Assembly (NCBI GenBank): GCA_964397045.1
Contig: CAYNHF010000047.1
Coordinates: 10,885 to 74,884, forward strand
Direction of reading: 5' to 3'
Length of the DNA stretch: 64,000 nt
Origin: an uncultured Acidimicrobiaceae bacterium
GTDB taxonomy: Bacteria; Actinomycetota; Acidimicrobiia; Spongiisociales; UBA5794
Shown: in pieces, positions 51,941-61,960 of the stretch
How the letters are laid out: each line of letters opens with the position of its first letter
Position numbering within the stretch: position 1 is the first letter of the stretch
Made by a program: the position numbers and the translations under genes
Notes under the pieces: model-generated
What the model was told of the DNA's origin: nothing
The model's input: only the letters and a program-made list of their open reading frames with translations
Databases searched by the model: none

Positions 51941-52192
51941 GCGGCGCCTCTGCTTTCCAGAATTTGCACTAGCTGTGTAGTTCTTATTGTGCCAGACCCC
52001 GGCACCCTACTCAACGCCGCCTCGTCGGCAGCGCGGGTCGCACCACCTTCCTCGGCGCTGCAGCGGCAGCAAGGAATGATCTGGGACCCGGACATCGCCA
52101 GTCGGCCGGGAGTGGGGTGCAGGCGATGCCGACCCGTGAGAAGCGGCTCGCCGGGTTGCATCATCTGCCGGTTCAGGACCGATCACCCTGGT

Positions 52193-52257
52193 GGGTGACA
52201 CCGTCGGAACGGATGTGTGGGAGTGGGGAAGACGGTTGCCGCTCCGACGGGTCACCC
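52193..52257 (-). terminator. Long imperfect inverted repeat (GGGTGACACCGTCGG ... CCGACGGGTCACCC; about 14-bp stem, 36-nt loop) starting about 30 nt downstream of the gltB stop. Candidate terminator or structured element between gltB and sufB
   Basis: Arms are reverse complements except for a 1-nt bulge. No U-tract follows. Confidence 0.3.
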
Positions 52258-52283
52258 TTCAGCAATCAATACAACGCCGTAGG

Positions 52284-55200
52284 TCAGAGCGGTGTTCCCT
52301 CGCTTGTCGCTTTCTGGTCGGTTGCCGCGGACGTGACGTCGAGGCCGGGCAGCAGAGAATCGTCTGCTGGAACGCTCACCGGCTGGACGACCCAGAAGTC
52401 TCTCGAAGCGGACTGCCACTCACTCAGAATCTGTGCCGCGGTCGAACTCTCGGTCGCCGCCACGTGCTCGCCCAGCAGGGCTCGCAGATCATCCAAGTGC
52501 GCCGCGTCGGGTCGAACCGCAGGCGGCGCGGTTGGGGCGAGATGACTTCGCGCCCGCGACTCGGGATCCCAGAGATAGAGGGTGCCTCCGGTCATGCCTG
52601 CGGCGACGTTGCTCCCGGTCGATCCGAGCACCACGACGGTTCCGCCAGTCATGTACTCGGCGCAGTGGTCGGAGGTCCCTTCCACAATGGCCGTTGCTCC
52701 CGAATTGCGGACGGCGAACCGCTGACCTACCGACCCGGCAGCAAAGAGCCGGCCTCCGGTCGCTCCGTAGAGGCAGGCATTCCCGGCGGCATGTGGGCCG
52801 GGCCCAGGCACCGGGCGCGGTTCGATCGAAATGGTCCCGCCCCCCATGCCCTTGCCTACGTAGTCATTGGCGGTGCCGACGAGGTGCATATTGATGCCCG
52901 CGGCCAGGAAGGCCCCGAAGCTTTGTCCCGCCGTACCGGAGAAACGAACCCGGATCGTGTCGTCTTCGAGGTCATCGGTGCCTACGAGATCTGCGACCTC
53001 GCCCGACAATCTGGTCCCGACGGCGCGATCGGTGTTCCGCACCGGGTAGGCGAGCTCCACCGCCGCCCGCGTCCGCGCCGCCCTGCGACCCTCGACGGCG
53101 AGCTGCTCTCCTACGGGTGAGCGGACCACCGTCCGGAAACTGGTGCTCTGGTGGTAGTCGGCTCTCGCCAGCAGCCCGGCGAACTCCAGTGCTACTCGAT
53201 GATCTGGCTCGCTGGGAACGAGGAGGTCGGCGCGACCGATCACCTCATCGATCGACCTCGCGCCGAGAGCGGCGAGATGGAGGCGCACCTCTTCGGCGAC
53301 GTGGCGAAACAGCACGATGAGCTGCTCGACGCTGCCTGTGTACTTCGCCCGCAGGTCCTCTCGTTGCGTGGTGATCCCCACCGGGCAGGTGTTTTCATGA
53401 CACTGCCGAACCATCTTGCAGCCGAGTGCCAGGAGCGGAAGGGTGCCGAACCCGAACCGGTCGGCGCCGAGCAAGGCTGCAACCACCACATCACGACCGG
53501 TGCGGATGCCACCATCGGTTTCCACGAGCACGGTGGCACGCAGCCCGTTGCCGACCAATGACTGATGGGCCTCAGCAAGCCCGAGCTCCCAGGGTGACCC
53601 GGCATGTTTGATGGATACCAGCGGCGAGGCTCCGGTGCCCCCAGAGTTGCCGGAGATCACCACCACGTCTGCCAGCGCTTTGGCCACCCCGACCGCGATC
53701 GTCCCTACCCCCGGACCTGACACGAGCTTCACCGACACCCGCGCCAGCGGCTTGAAGGCCTTGAGATCGTGAATGAGCTGGGCCAAATCCTCGATCGAGT
53801 AGATGTCATGGTGTGGTGGTGGGGAGATCAACGTCACGTTCGGTTCGGTGTGCCGGAGGCGAGCGATCTCGGGTGATACTTTGTGACCCGGGAGCTGGCC
53901 GCCCTCGCCGGGCTTGGAACCCTGCGCCATCTTGATCTGGAATTCCTCTGCGCTCGCCAGATAGGCGGGAGTCACTCCGAACCGACCGCTGGCTATCTGC
54001 TTGATGGCTGAGTTGCGCGGAGTATCGAACCGCGCGGGGTCCTCACCGCCTTCGCCTGAGTTGGAGAGGCCACCCAGGTAGCTCATCGCCTCCGCGAGTG
54101 TTTCGTGCGCTTCACGCGACAGTGCTCCGAGCGACATTGCCGCCGTCGAGAAACGGCGCATGATGTGCTCGGCAGGCTCGACCTCTTCGATCGGGACCGG
54201 CTCGGCGGCGGGCATAAGCTCGAGCAGGTCACGCAGTTCGAGCGGCGCCCGATCGAGCTGGACCACCTCGCGGTACTTGTCCCACTGCTCGGAATCCCCG
54301 CTCCGTACCGCCTTCTGTAAAGCCAGCACGGCTAGGGGCGAATTGATGTGCGGCATCTCGCCGCGGCGGTGTTTGTAGTAGCCGCCTGAGTCGGGGGTGC
54401 CTGCCTCAAATCTGCTGTGGAGCGCCAGCGTATCTGCCGTGATTCGCTCGAACCCGGCTCCACCAACTCGGTACTGGGCGTACCGGAACGCGAGATCACA
54501 GACACTGCGGTCGACGCCGATGACCTCGAATAGCTCACTGCCACGATATGCCGAAATGGTGCAGACGCCCATCTTGGACATGATCTTGAGGATCCCCTTC
54601 TCGAGGCTGGCGCGGTAATTCTCTTGAGCCGCGATCACGTCGGCGGTCACGTCGCCGCGCTCGGCCATCGCCCGCACCTCCTCGATCGCGAGGTAGGGGT
54701 TGACGGCCGAGGCACCACATCCGATCAGGCACGCCAGATCGTGAGAGTCGCGTGGTTCGCCGGACACTGCAATGATCGATGCCCGCAGCCGCAGCCCTTC
54801 CTCGATCAGTCTGTGGTGTACCGCGCCGACGGCCAGCAACATCGGGATCGGGGCCATGGCGGCGTCGACCTCTCGGTCGGAGAGAACGACGATCGAAGCT
54901 CCACTCGCCACCGCGGCCACCACCGCATCGCACATGCCATCGAGGGCTGCAACGAGGCCTGGTGCGCCTTGCTCTGCCGGGAAAAGCGCTTCGAACCAGG
55001 CTGACTCGAAATTGGGGTCTTCGGAGGAACACAGTTTCTCTACCTCGGCATCGGAGAGCACCACGGAAGAGAGTTCCATGAGGCGGGCTTGCTGGGGCGT
55101 CTCCTCCAGAATCGACAATCGTCTGCCGACGGAGGTTCGCAGCGACATCATCATGTTTTCCCGGATCGGATCCATCGGCGGATTCGTGACCTGAGCGAAG

Positions 55201-56726
55201 GCTTGGTGGAAGTACCGGGAAAGCCGCTGCGGGGACTCGGAAAGCACCGCCAGCCCCGTATCGTTTCCCATCGAAAGCACGGGCTGGTCGCCCTCTGCCA
55301 TGGGTTGCAGGATCAAGCGCCGCTCCTCTGCGGTGTATCCGAAGACCCGGCCGAGACGTTCCGGGTCAAATCGCTCATCCTGCAGATCGTCAAAGGGATC
55401 CCGGACGAAGTTGGTGCCGGTACGTACCCAGTCGTCGTATGGGGCACGGCTGGAAAGATCGGCCTTGATCTCCTCCGAGAAGCGCACGTGACCCGTCTCG
55501 AGGTCGACCGCGATGATGTCGCCGGGCCCGAGCTGACCGGTTGCGATCGCTGCCACCTCTTCGGCACTGGCAACCCCCGCCTCCGAGGCGACGATCACAA
55601 GAGCGTCGGTGAGGGTCCAGCGGGCGGGGCGCAGGCCGTTGCGATCCAGGCCTGCGATGAGGTGCTTACCGTCCGCAGCGACGATCGCTGCAGGGCCATC
55701 CCACGGCTCGGTCAGGAAGGCGTGGTATTGGTAGAACGCTCGCAGCTCGGGATCCATGTCTGCCACGTTCTGCCACGCAGGCGGGATGAGCATCTCCTTG
55801 GCGTGCATCACGTCGCGGCCGGAGCGCACCAACACCTCGAAGGCGTTGTCGAGGCTCGCCGAATCGCTGCCGGATTCGCTCACGAGCGGTTTCAGATCCT
55901 CGATCCGATCACCCCAGATGGCTGAAGCCAACTCGTTTGACCGCGCAGCCATCCACGATCGATTCGCCTGCACGGTGTTGATTTCGCCGTTGTGCGCCAG
56001 CATCCGGAACGGCTGTGCCATCGCCCAGGTCGGTGACGTATTGGTGCTGTAGCGCTGGTGAAAAACGCCGAAATCGGTCTCGTACATGGGATCCATGAGG
56101 TCCCAATAGAAGCCCTCGATGTGCGATGCCGTGAAGAGCCCTTTGTAGACCACGGTGCGCACCGAAGACGAGCTGATCGAGAAGCCGTCTACCGACGCAT
56201 CTTTGAGGGTAGTAGCGGCAGCCCGCCGCGCCAGAAACATGCTGCGCTCGATGGTTTCGATGTCTTCTACCACCGGATTCGCGGCGACCAAGGCCTGTTC
56301 GACGATCGGCTGCGAAGCCCTGGCAGCGTCGGACAAAACCATTGGCCCAACCGGCACCGGTCGCCACGCGAGGAATTCGAGTCCCTCATCCGCAACCGCT
56401 GCCTCTACCGCTTTGCGGCTGCGATCCGCCTCGTCACGCGGTAGGAACGCCATGATGACGCCAAGGTGACCCTCGGCGGGCACATCTCGGTTGTGTGCCT
56501 TCAGTTCCCGCTCTAGCAGGCGGAATGGAATCCGGGTCATGATGCCCGCACCATCGCCGGTTCCGTCCGCAGCTTTGGCCCCGCGATGGTCCAGGCTGTG
56601 CAGACATTGCACGGCGAGTTCCGTCAGCCGATGGGACCTGATGCCGCGACGGCTCGCGACAAACCCGACGCCGCATGCGTCGCGAACGTCGGCGGGGTCA
56701 TAGAGGGGTAATCGGCGAGCTACCAT
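52284..56726 (-). CDS. gltB: Glutamate synthase large subunit
   Basis: N-terminal Ntn amidotransferase (MVARRLPLYDPADVRDACGVGFVA), central FMN/Fe-S domain and GXGXG C-terminal domain. Start ATG at 56726. 1480 aa. Confidence 0.95.
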   Translation of the reverse strand: MVARRLPLYDPADVRDACGVGFVASRRGIRSHRLTELAVQCLHSLDHRGAKAADGTGDGAGIMTRIPFRLLERELKAHNRDVPAEGHLGVIMAFLPRDEADRSRKAVEAAVADEGLEFLAWRPVPVGPMVLSDAARASQPIVEQALVAANPVVEDIETIERSMFLARRAAATTLKDASVDGFSISSSSVRTVVYKGLFTASHIEGFYWDLMDPMYETDFGVFHQRYSTNTSPTWAMAQPFRMLAHNGEINTVQANRSWMAARSNELASAIWGDRIEDLKPLVSESGSDSASLDNAFEVLVRSGRDVMHAKEMLIPPAWQNVADMDPELRAFYQYHAFLTEPWDGPAAIVAADGKHLIAGLDRNGLRPARWTLTDALVIVASEAGVASAEEVAAIATGQLGPGDIIAVDLETGHVRFSEEIKADLSSRAPYDDWVRTGTNFVRDPFDDLQDERFDPERLGRVFGYTAEERRLILQPMAEGDQPVLSMGNDTGLAVLSESPQRLSRYFHQAFAQVTNPPMDPIRENMMMSLRTSVGRRLSILEETPQQARLMELSSVVLSDAEVEKLCSSEDPNFESAWFEALFPAEQGAPGLVAALDGMCDAVVAAVASGASIVVLSDREVDAAMAPIPMLLAVGAVHHRLIEEGLRLRASIIAVSGEPRDSHDLACLIGCGASAVNPYLAIEEVRAMAERGDVTADVIAAQENYRASLEKGILKIMSKMGVCTISAYRGSELFEVIGVDRSVCDLAFRYAQYRVGGAGFERITADTLALHSRFEAGTPDSGGYYKHRRGEMPHINSPLAVLALQKAVRSGDSEQWDKYREVVQLDRAPLELRDLLELMPAAEPVPIEEVEPAEHIMRRFSTAAMSLGALSREAHETLAEAMSYLGGLSNSGEGGEDPARFDTPRNSAIKQIASGRFGVTPAYLASAEEFQIKMAQGSKPGEGGQLPGHKVSPEIARLRHTEPNVTLISPPPHHDIYSIEDLAQLIHDLKAFKPLARVSVKLVSGPGVGTIAVGVAKALADVVVISGNSGGTGASPLVSIKHAGSPWELGLAEAHQSLVGNGLRATVLVETDGGIRTGRDVVVAALLGADRFGFGTLPLLALGCKMVRQCHENTCPVGITTQREDLRAKYTGSVEQLIVLFRHVAEEVRLHLAALGARSIDEVIGRADLLVPSEPDHRVALEFAGLLARADYHQSTSFRTVVRSPVGEQLAVEGRRAARTRAAVELAYPVRNTDRAVGTRLSGEVADLVGTDDLEDDTIRVRFSGTAGQSFGAFLAAGINMHLVGTANDYVGKGMGGGTISIEPRPVPGPGPHAAGNACLYGATGGRLFAAGSVGQRFAVRNSGATAIVEGTSDHCAEYMTGGTVVVLGSTGSNVAAGMTGGTLYLWDPESRARSHLAPTAPPAVRPDAAHLDDLRALLGEHVAATESSTAAQILSEWQSASRDFWVVQPVSVPADDSLLPGLDVTSAATDQKATSEGTPL

Positions 56727-56876
56727 CGCCTCCGTGCACTGTCTGCTGGGTCGACGTCGCCGAGTCGGCCGGTGTGCTGCACGTCGCGGCGCCGTTCGGT
56801 GAGTGTAGGGCTGCTCACCACACAGCCGATCGGTCTTGCCCTGCCGAGCGTCGGGGGGCGGGCCTAAGCTCGCGTC

Positions 56877-57338
56877 ATGCCAGTGATCGTGATCGGTGCC
56901 GATACCAGGCATGGTCTGCCTGTCGTCGATGCGCTCCTGCCCCGCCAGGGGGAGGTGCGGGTATTCGTCACAGACGAGGCGGCGGCCCACGACTTCCGAG
57001 CCCGGGGCGCCAAGGTCGCCATCGGCGACGTGTCGGACGGCTCGCACGTCGGGGGTGCCGCTCTCAACGCGTTCTGTGCGGTACTGCTCGCCGACGCCGC
57101 CGACGATGATCGGATCCGCTCGTTTGCCGAGAATCCAGAGGCGGTGATGGACGCCTGGGCTGAGGGCATCGAAGACGCCGGGGTCCGACGTGTCATCTTC
57201 GTGCCCGGCGGAACCGTCGAGGAGCCGAGCGCAACCCTGGCAGCCTCGTCTTCCGAATTTGTTGCCATCTCCAGCAGCGCCGATGGCTCGATCGTTGCCA
57301 CCAAGGTGGCAGAACTCGAAGACGCCGCTTCCGTCTGA
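56877..57338 (+). CDS. Putative NAD(P)-binding (NmrA/SDR-like Rossmann) domain protein, short
   Basis: VIVIGADTRHG Rossmann-like N-terminus. 153 aa. Confidence 0.45.
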   Translation: MPVIVIGADTRHGLPVVDALLPRQGEVRVFVTDEAAAHDFRARGAKVAIGDVSDGSHVGGAALNAFCAVLLADAADDDRIRSFAENPEAVMDAWAEGIEDAGVRRVIFVPGGTVEEPSATLAASSSEFVAISSSADGSIVATKVAELEDAASV

Positions 57339-57365
57339 AGCGCCACCATCACTGCGGCCCCCGAC

Positions 57366-58592
57366 CTAGAAGACCTCAGGACACCACGGTGCCTTGTGCC
57401 ACGAAAACATGGCATCTGCTACCGCAATCACGTCCGCTTCACCTCGGATGCGCCCTGCCCCGGCAAGCACGGCAGCGCTGCGGCCCCCCAGGTACAGCAT
57501 CCCAAGCGTGGCGAGATCCATCTCGATGTGGCCAACGTCCTCGATCCGGGAGCAGCGTGCGGTGTCTGGTCCACCGGACAGCCGGTAGCTCCCCGAGATA
57601 TCGGGAAAGAGCGGATCATCGATCGTGAACGTCATCGTGCCCGTGACGGAGTACCGACGTGCCTCGAGTGCTGCCGGAACATCGAGCACCCGGACCCACA
57701 GCGCGTCCATGATCTCCTGTCTGAGCAGCCGGGCAGCAGCAACCTGCCAGCGCAACCCGTCGCCGACCGGTGCATTCCAGTACTTCACTCTCGGGAAGAG
57801 GTCGATTGATGTGAGATAGCGCCACAAGGCCCGGTGGGCTGCGGGTGTCACTGCCTGAAGTTCGGCAACGTCGACCTTGCCCTTCGGCAACGAGTCGTGC
57901 CACTCCTCCTTCAGGCGGTACGTTGCGAAGCCTTCGGGACCGGAAGCACCCTCATAGAGCACCAAACGGCGCGCGCTCATACCCTCGCGGCGAGACTCCG
58001 GATCGTGAAGGCGCCACTTCCACGTGGCCGGCGATCTGCTCAGCACCCCAGGAGTTGTCTTCCGCACCTCCTCATGCACGAGCGGGAATAGCTCCAGTGC
58101 CTCTTCGACCGTGGTCTGACGCACCGAGCCTGCCTGGTCGTCTTCCGGTAGAGCTGCAGCCGAGGCGGGGAGCTCGATTGTGAGGCGGTCGGTGGCCGGA
58201 CCGAACCCGAAGCGCCCGTAGATAGAACTTTCGGAGGCCCACAGCCCCGCCAACGGCCGGCCCTCGTCTCGTGCTGCCTCCAGATGGGACGACATCATTG
58301 CCGTCAGGATTCCCCGCCGGGTATGGCTGGGCCGTACCGCGATCATTGTGGTACCTGCCATCGGAACGAATCCGCCGCCGGGAACCGTCACCTCGAGAGG
58401 AAAGTCCCCCAGCGTGCCGACAAGCTGATCGCCGTCGAAAGCAGCGCGGGTGCGCTCGAGCGGCATGAGTTGGCGAAACCGTTCGTCGTCTGCTCGCTCC
58501 TCAGCAGTGAGATCGCCGCCGAAAGTCGCCACCATCTCAGCCCTGAATACCCCGATCTCTGTCTCGAGAATTGGCCTTATCTCGTATGTCAT
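57366..58592 (-). CDS. Eis-like GNAT acetyltransferase (tandem GNAT plus SCP2-like C-terminal domain)
   Basis: MTYEIRPI start at 58592. 408 aa with three-domain Eis/UPF0256 architecture. The track ORF extends spuriously further upstream. Confidence 0.75.
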   Translation of the reverse strand: MTYEIRPILETEIGVFRAEMVATFGGDLTAEERADDERFRQLMPLERTRAAFDGDQLVGTLGDFPLEVTVPGGGFVPMAGTTMIAVRPSHTRRGILTAMMSSHLEAARDEGRPLAGLWASESSIYGRFGFGPATDRLTIELPASAAALPEDDQAGSVRQTTVEEALELFPLVHEEVRKTTPGVLSRSPATWKWRLHDPESRREGMSARRLVLYEGASGPEGFATYRLKEEWHDSLPKGKVDVAELQAVTPAAHRALWRYLTSIDLFPRVKYWNAPVGDGLRWQVAAARLLRQEIMDALWVRVLDVPAALEARRYSVTGTMTFTIDDPLFPDISGSYRLSGGPDTARCSRIEDVGHIEMDLATLGMLYLGGRSAAVLAGAGRIRGEADVIAVADAMFSWHKAPWCPEVF

Positions 58593-58682
58593 GACCGCGA
58601 ACCTATCAGCACCGCCCCAGTCTTGTTGCTCCGCCGGCCGCATTAGCGTGCCACCCGTCCCCGAGAGGCTGGAGCAACAACC

Positions 58683-59456
58683 GTGAACGACGTCCGTATC
58701 GGAGTGCAAGTCCAGAATCAACACGCCGACTACCCCGACATACGCGACATGGTCATGCGCTGCGAAGAAGCCGGCGTGGACATCATCTACAACTGGGACC
58801 ACTTCTACCCGCTGACTGGCGACCCCAACGGCAAACACTTCGAAGCGTGGTCGATGTTGAGCGCCTGGGCGGAACAAACCGAGCGGGTCGAGATCGGCTG
58901 CCTCGTCACCTGCAACTCCTACCGCAACCCGCAGCTGCTGGCAGACATGGCCAGGACCGTTGACCACATTTCGAACGGCAGACTTGTCTTTGGTATCGGG
59001 TCCGGCTGGATGGAAAAGGACTACCTGGAATATCGGTACGAATTCGGCACCGCCCCGGAGCGCCTCCGTGCACTCGACGCCGCCCTCCCTCTGATTCGAG
59101 ACCGCTGGACGAAGCTGAACCCGCCACCAACCCGCTCGATCCCGATTCTCGTCGGTGGTGGGGGCGAGAAGGTCACGCTGCGCATCGTGGCCGAGCATGC
59201 CACGGTCTGGCACAGCTTCACGCGGCTCGAAGACATGCCACACAAGCTCGATGTATTGGATCGGTGGTGTGAGCGAGTGGGCCGTGACCCGGCCGATATC
59301 GAGCGGTCGATTGGCCTCAACACTTCCCGATTCGAACTTGCCGAGCCCTACTTCGAACTTGGCATTCGCCAGTTCACCTTCAGCCTTAGAGCGCCCGCCG
59401 ACCTGTCCTCGATTGAACCGTGGCTCGAGTGGCGCAACACGAAACGAGCAGGCTGA
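58683..59456 (+). CDS. LLM-class F420-dependent oxidoreductase
   Basis: Luciferase-like TIM barrel. 257 aa. Confidence 0.8.
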   Translation: MNDVRIGVQVQNQHADYPDIRDMVMRCEEAGVDIIYNWDHFYPLTGDPNGKHFEAWSMLSAWAEQTERVEIGCLVTCNSYRNPQLLADMARTVDHISNGRLVFGIGSGWMEKDYLEYRYEFGTAPERLRALDAALPLIRDRWTKLNPPPTRSIPILVGGGGEKVTLRIVAEHATVWHSFTRLEDMPHKLDVLDRWCERVGRDPADIERSIGLNTSRFELAEPYFELGIRQFTFSLRAPADLSSIEPWLEWRNTKRAG

Positions 59457-59469
59457 ATCGCGGCTCGTT

Positions 59470-60171
59470 TCATCTCTGCCCGGGTCTCTTGTAGTCACTC
59501 AGATAGCCGGGCACTCCAACGTCGACCCGCAACGCGGGGTCGTTGATCGGGGGGTCCGCCACCATCCGCAGCGGAACCACCCCTGCCCACAACGGCAGGT
59601 CATAGTCCTCCGCGTCATCCTCCGGCGGGCCGCTGCGTACCTTGGCCGAAGCTTCAGCCATCGAGACGGCCAGGATTGCAGTGCCCTTGGTCTCCTTCGC
59701 GGTGGGGAGGCGCGAGTCCTCCCAACGCCCCGGTGCCACGTGTTCGGTAACGAGCCGGAAGGCGGTTTCCTTCTCTGCTGGATCGTCGACAAAACGAGCC
59801 GCTCCGAATATGACGACCGATCGGTAGTTCATCGAACTGTGAAACGGAGCACGTGCCATGACCAGGCCATCCACGAGGGTGACCGTGATGCACACCTCTG
59901 CCCCCTGTTTCATGTCAAGCAGCATGCGGCTCGCCGGTGACCCGTGGAAGTAGAGGGTGTCACCGGACCTGGCGTGGATGGTCGGGATCACGACCGGGTA
60001 GCCATCATGGATGAACCCGACGTGACAGATGAGCGCTTCGTCGACGATGGCCGTGATGACGTCTTCGTCGTGAATGGCTCTTTCCGGAAGCCGTTTGACC
60101 CTGGTTCGCGAGGTGGGTTCGGAAGGTGTCACCCGCCAGACCCTACCTTCGCTCCTCCTCGCGGTCGTCAC
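59470..60171 (-). CDS. Pyridoxamine 5'-phosphate oxidase family (FMN/F420-binding split-barrel) protein
   Basis: Split-barrel fold motifs. Its start overlaps the DUF885 stop (ATGA). Confidence 0.7.
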   Translation of the reverse strand: MTTARRSEGRVWRVTPSEPTSRTRVKRLPERAIHDEDVITAIVDEALICHVGFIHDGYPVVIPTIHARSGDTLYFHGSPASRMLLDMKQGAEVCITVTLVDGLVMARAPFHSSMNYRSVVIFGAARFVDDPAEKETAFRLVTEHVAPGRWEDSRLPTAKETKGTAILAVSMAEASAKVRSGPPEDDAEDYDLPLWAGVVPLRMVADPPINDPALRVDVGVPGYLSDYKRPGQR

Positions 60172-61787
60172 TGCGGGCCCAGCAGCACCTCGCGCATCAA
60201 CTGCACCGGAGGGGCACCGCGCGACAGCATGTCGTCGTGAAACCCCTTCAGCGAGAAGTCGGAGCCCCGCGCCCCGCGGATGTCCTCTCGTAGGCGCAGA
60301 ATCTGGAGCTTCCCGACGGTGTAGGAGAGGTACCCGGGATCGAACGTGCCGCGTTCGGCCTCCTTACGAGCCGGCGACGGCGGGTAGAACGCATTCTCTT
60401 CGAAGAAGAGAGCGGCCTCGTCGACGCTCATGCCGTGGGCGTGGAGGCGGATGGCGCAGACCATCCGGCAGTTGCGCACCAGAGCCTCGGCGAGCTGGGC
60501 CATGCGAAAGCGAGGATCACCCTCGCGGTAGCCCTCCTCCCACATCATCTGCTCGGTGTAGTGGGCCCAGCCTTCTGTGAAGGCATAGGAGGCCAGCCGA
60601 CGCGAGGTCTCAGTGGGAGCGTTGGCGTAGTGGAGGAAGTGGACGTAATGGCCGGGATACGTCTCGTGGATGGAGATGTCCTCGAGGGCAAAAGTGTTCA
60701 GCGCTCGCAGCCATTCCTCTGCCTTCTCCTCATCCCACTCGGGCTCGGTGGGCGTGACCAGGTAATAGGCTTCGGTCGCCTCCGTCTCGTAGGGGCCAGG
60801 GGTATCCATCATCGCGAACGCCCAACGCAAGTGGCGCGGGGTCGGCCCCACCTTGGCCCGAACCTCACTCGGTACCGTGATGAGGTCGCGATCGATGAGG
60901 AACGACCGGATGTTCTCCAGCATCTCCTCCGTCTGAGCCACCAGTCCCCCGCGGGGTGCATGAACCGACTCGACGTACTTCTGGTAGACCTCGCGCGCAG
61001 ACAGCGTGTCGTCGATTCCGGCTGCCGTTTCCCGAAAGGCATCGAGATTCCGTGCAAGGTCGGCCTCTGCGACCTCGAGCAGCTCATCGAGCGAGATCTC
61101 CAGCATCTCGCCGGTGGCAAGCATCTTCTCCATGTTCTCTCGTCCGATCGCGAAAGAGTCGTCTGCCGCGTGGAGACGCTCCGCCTCGATCCAGGCCGCG
61201 AACGCGTCCAGCTCGTGAGCGGCCGCAGCAGTCGCTGCGATCAGCTTCGACCGGAACTCGCGATCCTCAGCCAACGTGGGGAACGCCGGCACCACGTCCT
61301 CGCGCAACATGGAGGCAAGGCCACGCGCCGCGGTGATCCCCCACTCGCAGATGGTCTTCGCCAGGACCGGTTCGAGGCGCGTACGCGCTTGGTCGAGCAC
61401 GGCGCGGGCATGGCTCATCAACTCCATCACCACGGCGGCGCGGTGGCGCTCGCCGGCATACGTGCGCTTGAGGTACAGGTCGGGGTCGAGCAAGTACACC
61501 CAAGCCATCGGGTTGCGCACGTAGCGTCGCTCATCTTCCCACTCATACCGCATGTGCCGCACCGAAGCACCGAGCTGCCTGCGATCGAGCCTCTGGTCTT
61601 CGGTGAGCTGCTCGAGGCCGTCGATCTGCGCCATCAACTCTGTCATCCGGTCGAGCGACGCCTCGACGGCCGCGGCCGACCAGTCGGGCACACGAGCGTC
61701 GTATTCATGCAAGCCGAGATACACCGCCGACCCGGGGTAGAGCGCCGCGGTATGGGCGAATACCTCGTCTACCAACTCATCGAACAT
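60168..61787 (-). CDS. DUF885 family protein (putative metallopeptidase-like)
   Basis: 539 aa with a HETYPGHYVHF (HExxH-like) motif, typical of DUF885. Confidence 0.7.
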   Translation of the reverse strand: MFDELVDEVFAHTAALYPGSAVYLGLHEYDARVPDWSAAAVEASLDRMTELMAQIDGLEQLTEDQRLDRRQLGASVRHMRYEWEDERRYVRNPMAWVYLLDPDLYLKRTYAGERHRAAVVMELMSHARAVLDQARTRLEPVLAKTICEWGITAARGLASMLREDVVPAFPTLAEDREFRSKLIAATAAAAHELDAFAAWIEAERLHAADDSFAIGRENMEKMLATGEMLEISLDELLEVAEADLARNLDAFRETAAGIDDTLSAREVYQKYVESVHAPRGGLVAQTEEMLENIRSFLIDRDLITVPSEVRAKVGPTPRHLRWAFAMMDTPGPYETEATEAYYLVTPTEPEWDEEKAEEWLRALNTFALEDISIHETYPGHYVHFLHYANAPTETSRRLASYAFTEGWAHYTEQMMWEEGYREGDPRFRMAQLAEALVRNCRMVCAIRLHAHGMSVDEAALFFEENAFYPPSPARKEAERGTFDPGYLSYTVGKLQILRLREDIRGARGSDFSLKGFHDDMLSRGAPPVQLMREVLLGPQ

Positions 61788-61960
61788 GCGATCTCCTCAT
61801 TGGCCTCGGACGGGGTCGGGAGCGCGGATTGTACCGGTTCAGGCGAACCCGAAGGCCGCGCCCGGGCACGCAAGGCAGGGTCGGAGCGGGACAGTGATCC
61901 AATTCGACGGCCGCTCAGCCGCCGCCGGTCTCGTTTCCCTGTAACGCCGAGACGATCGGT

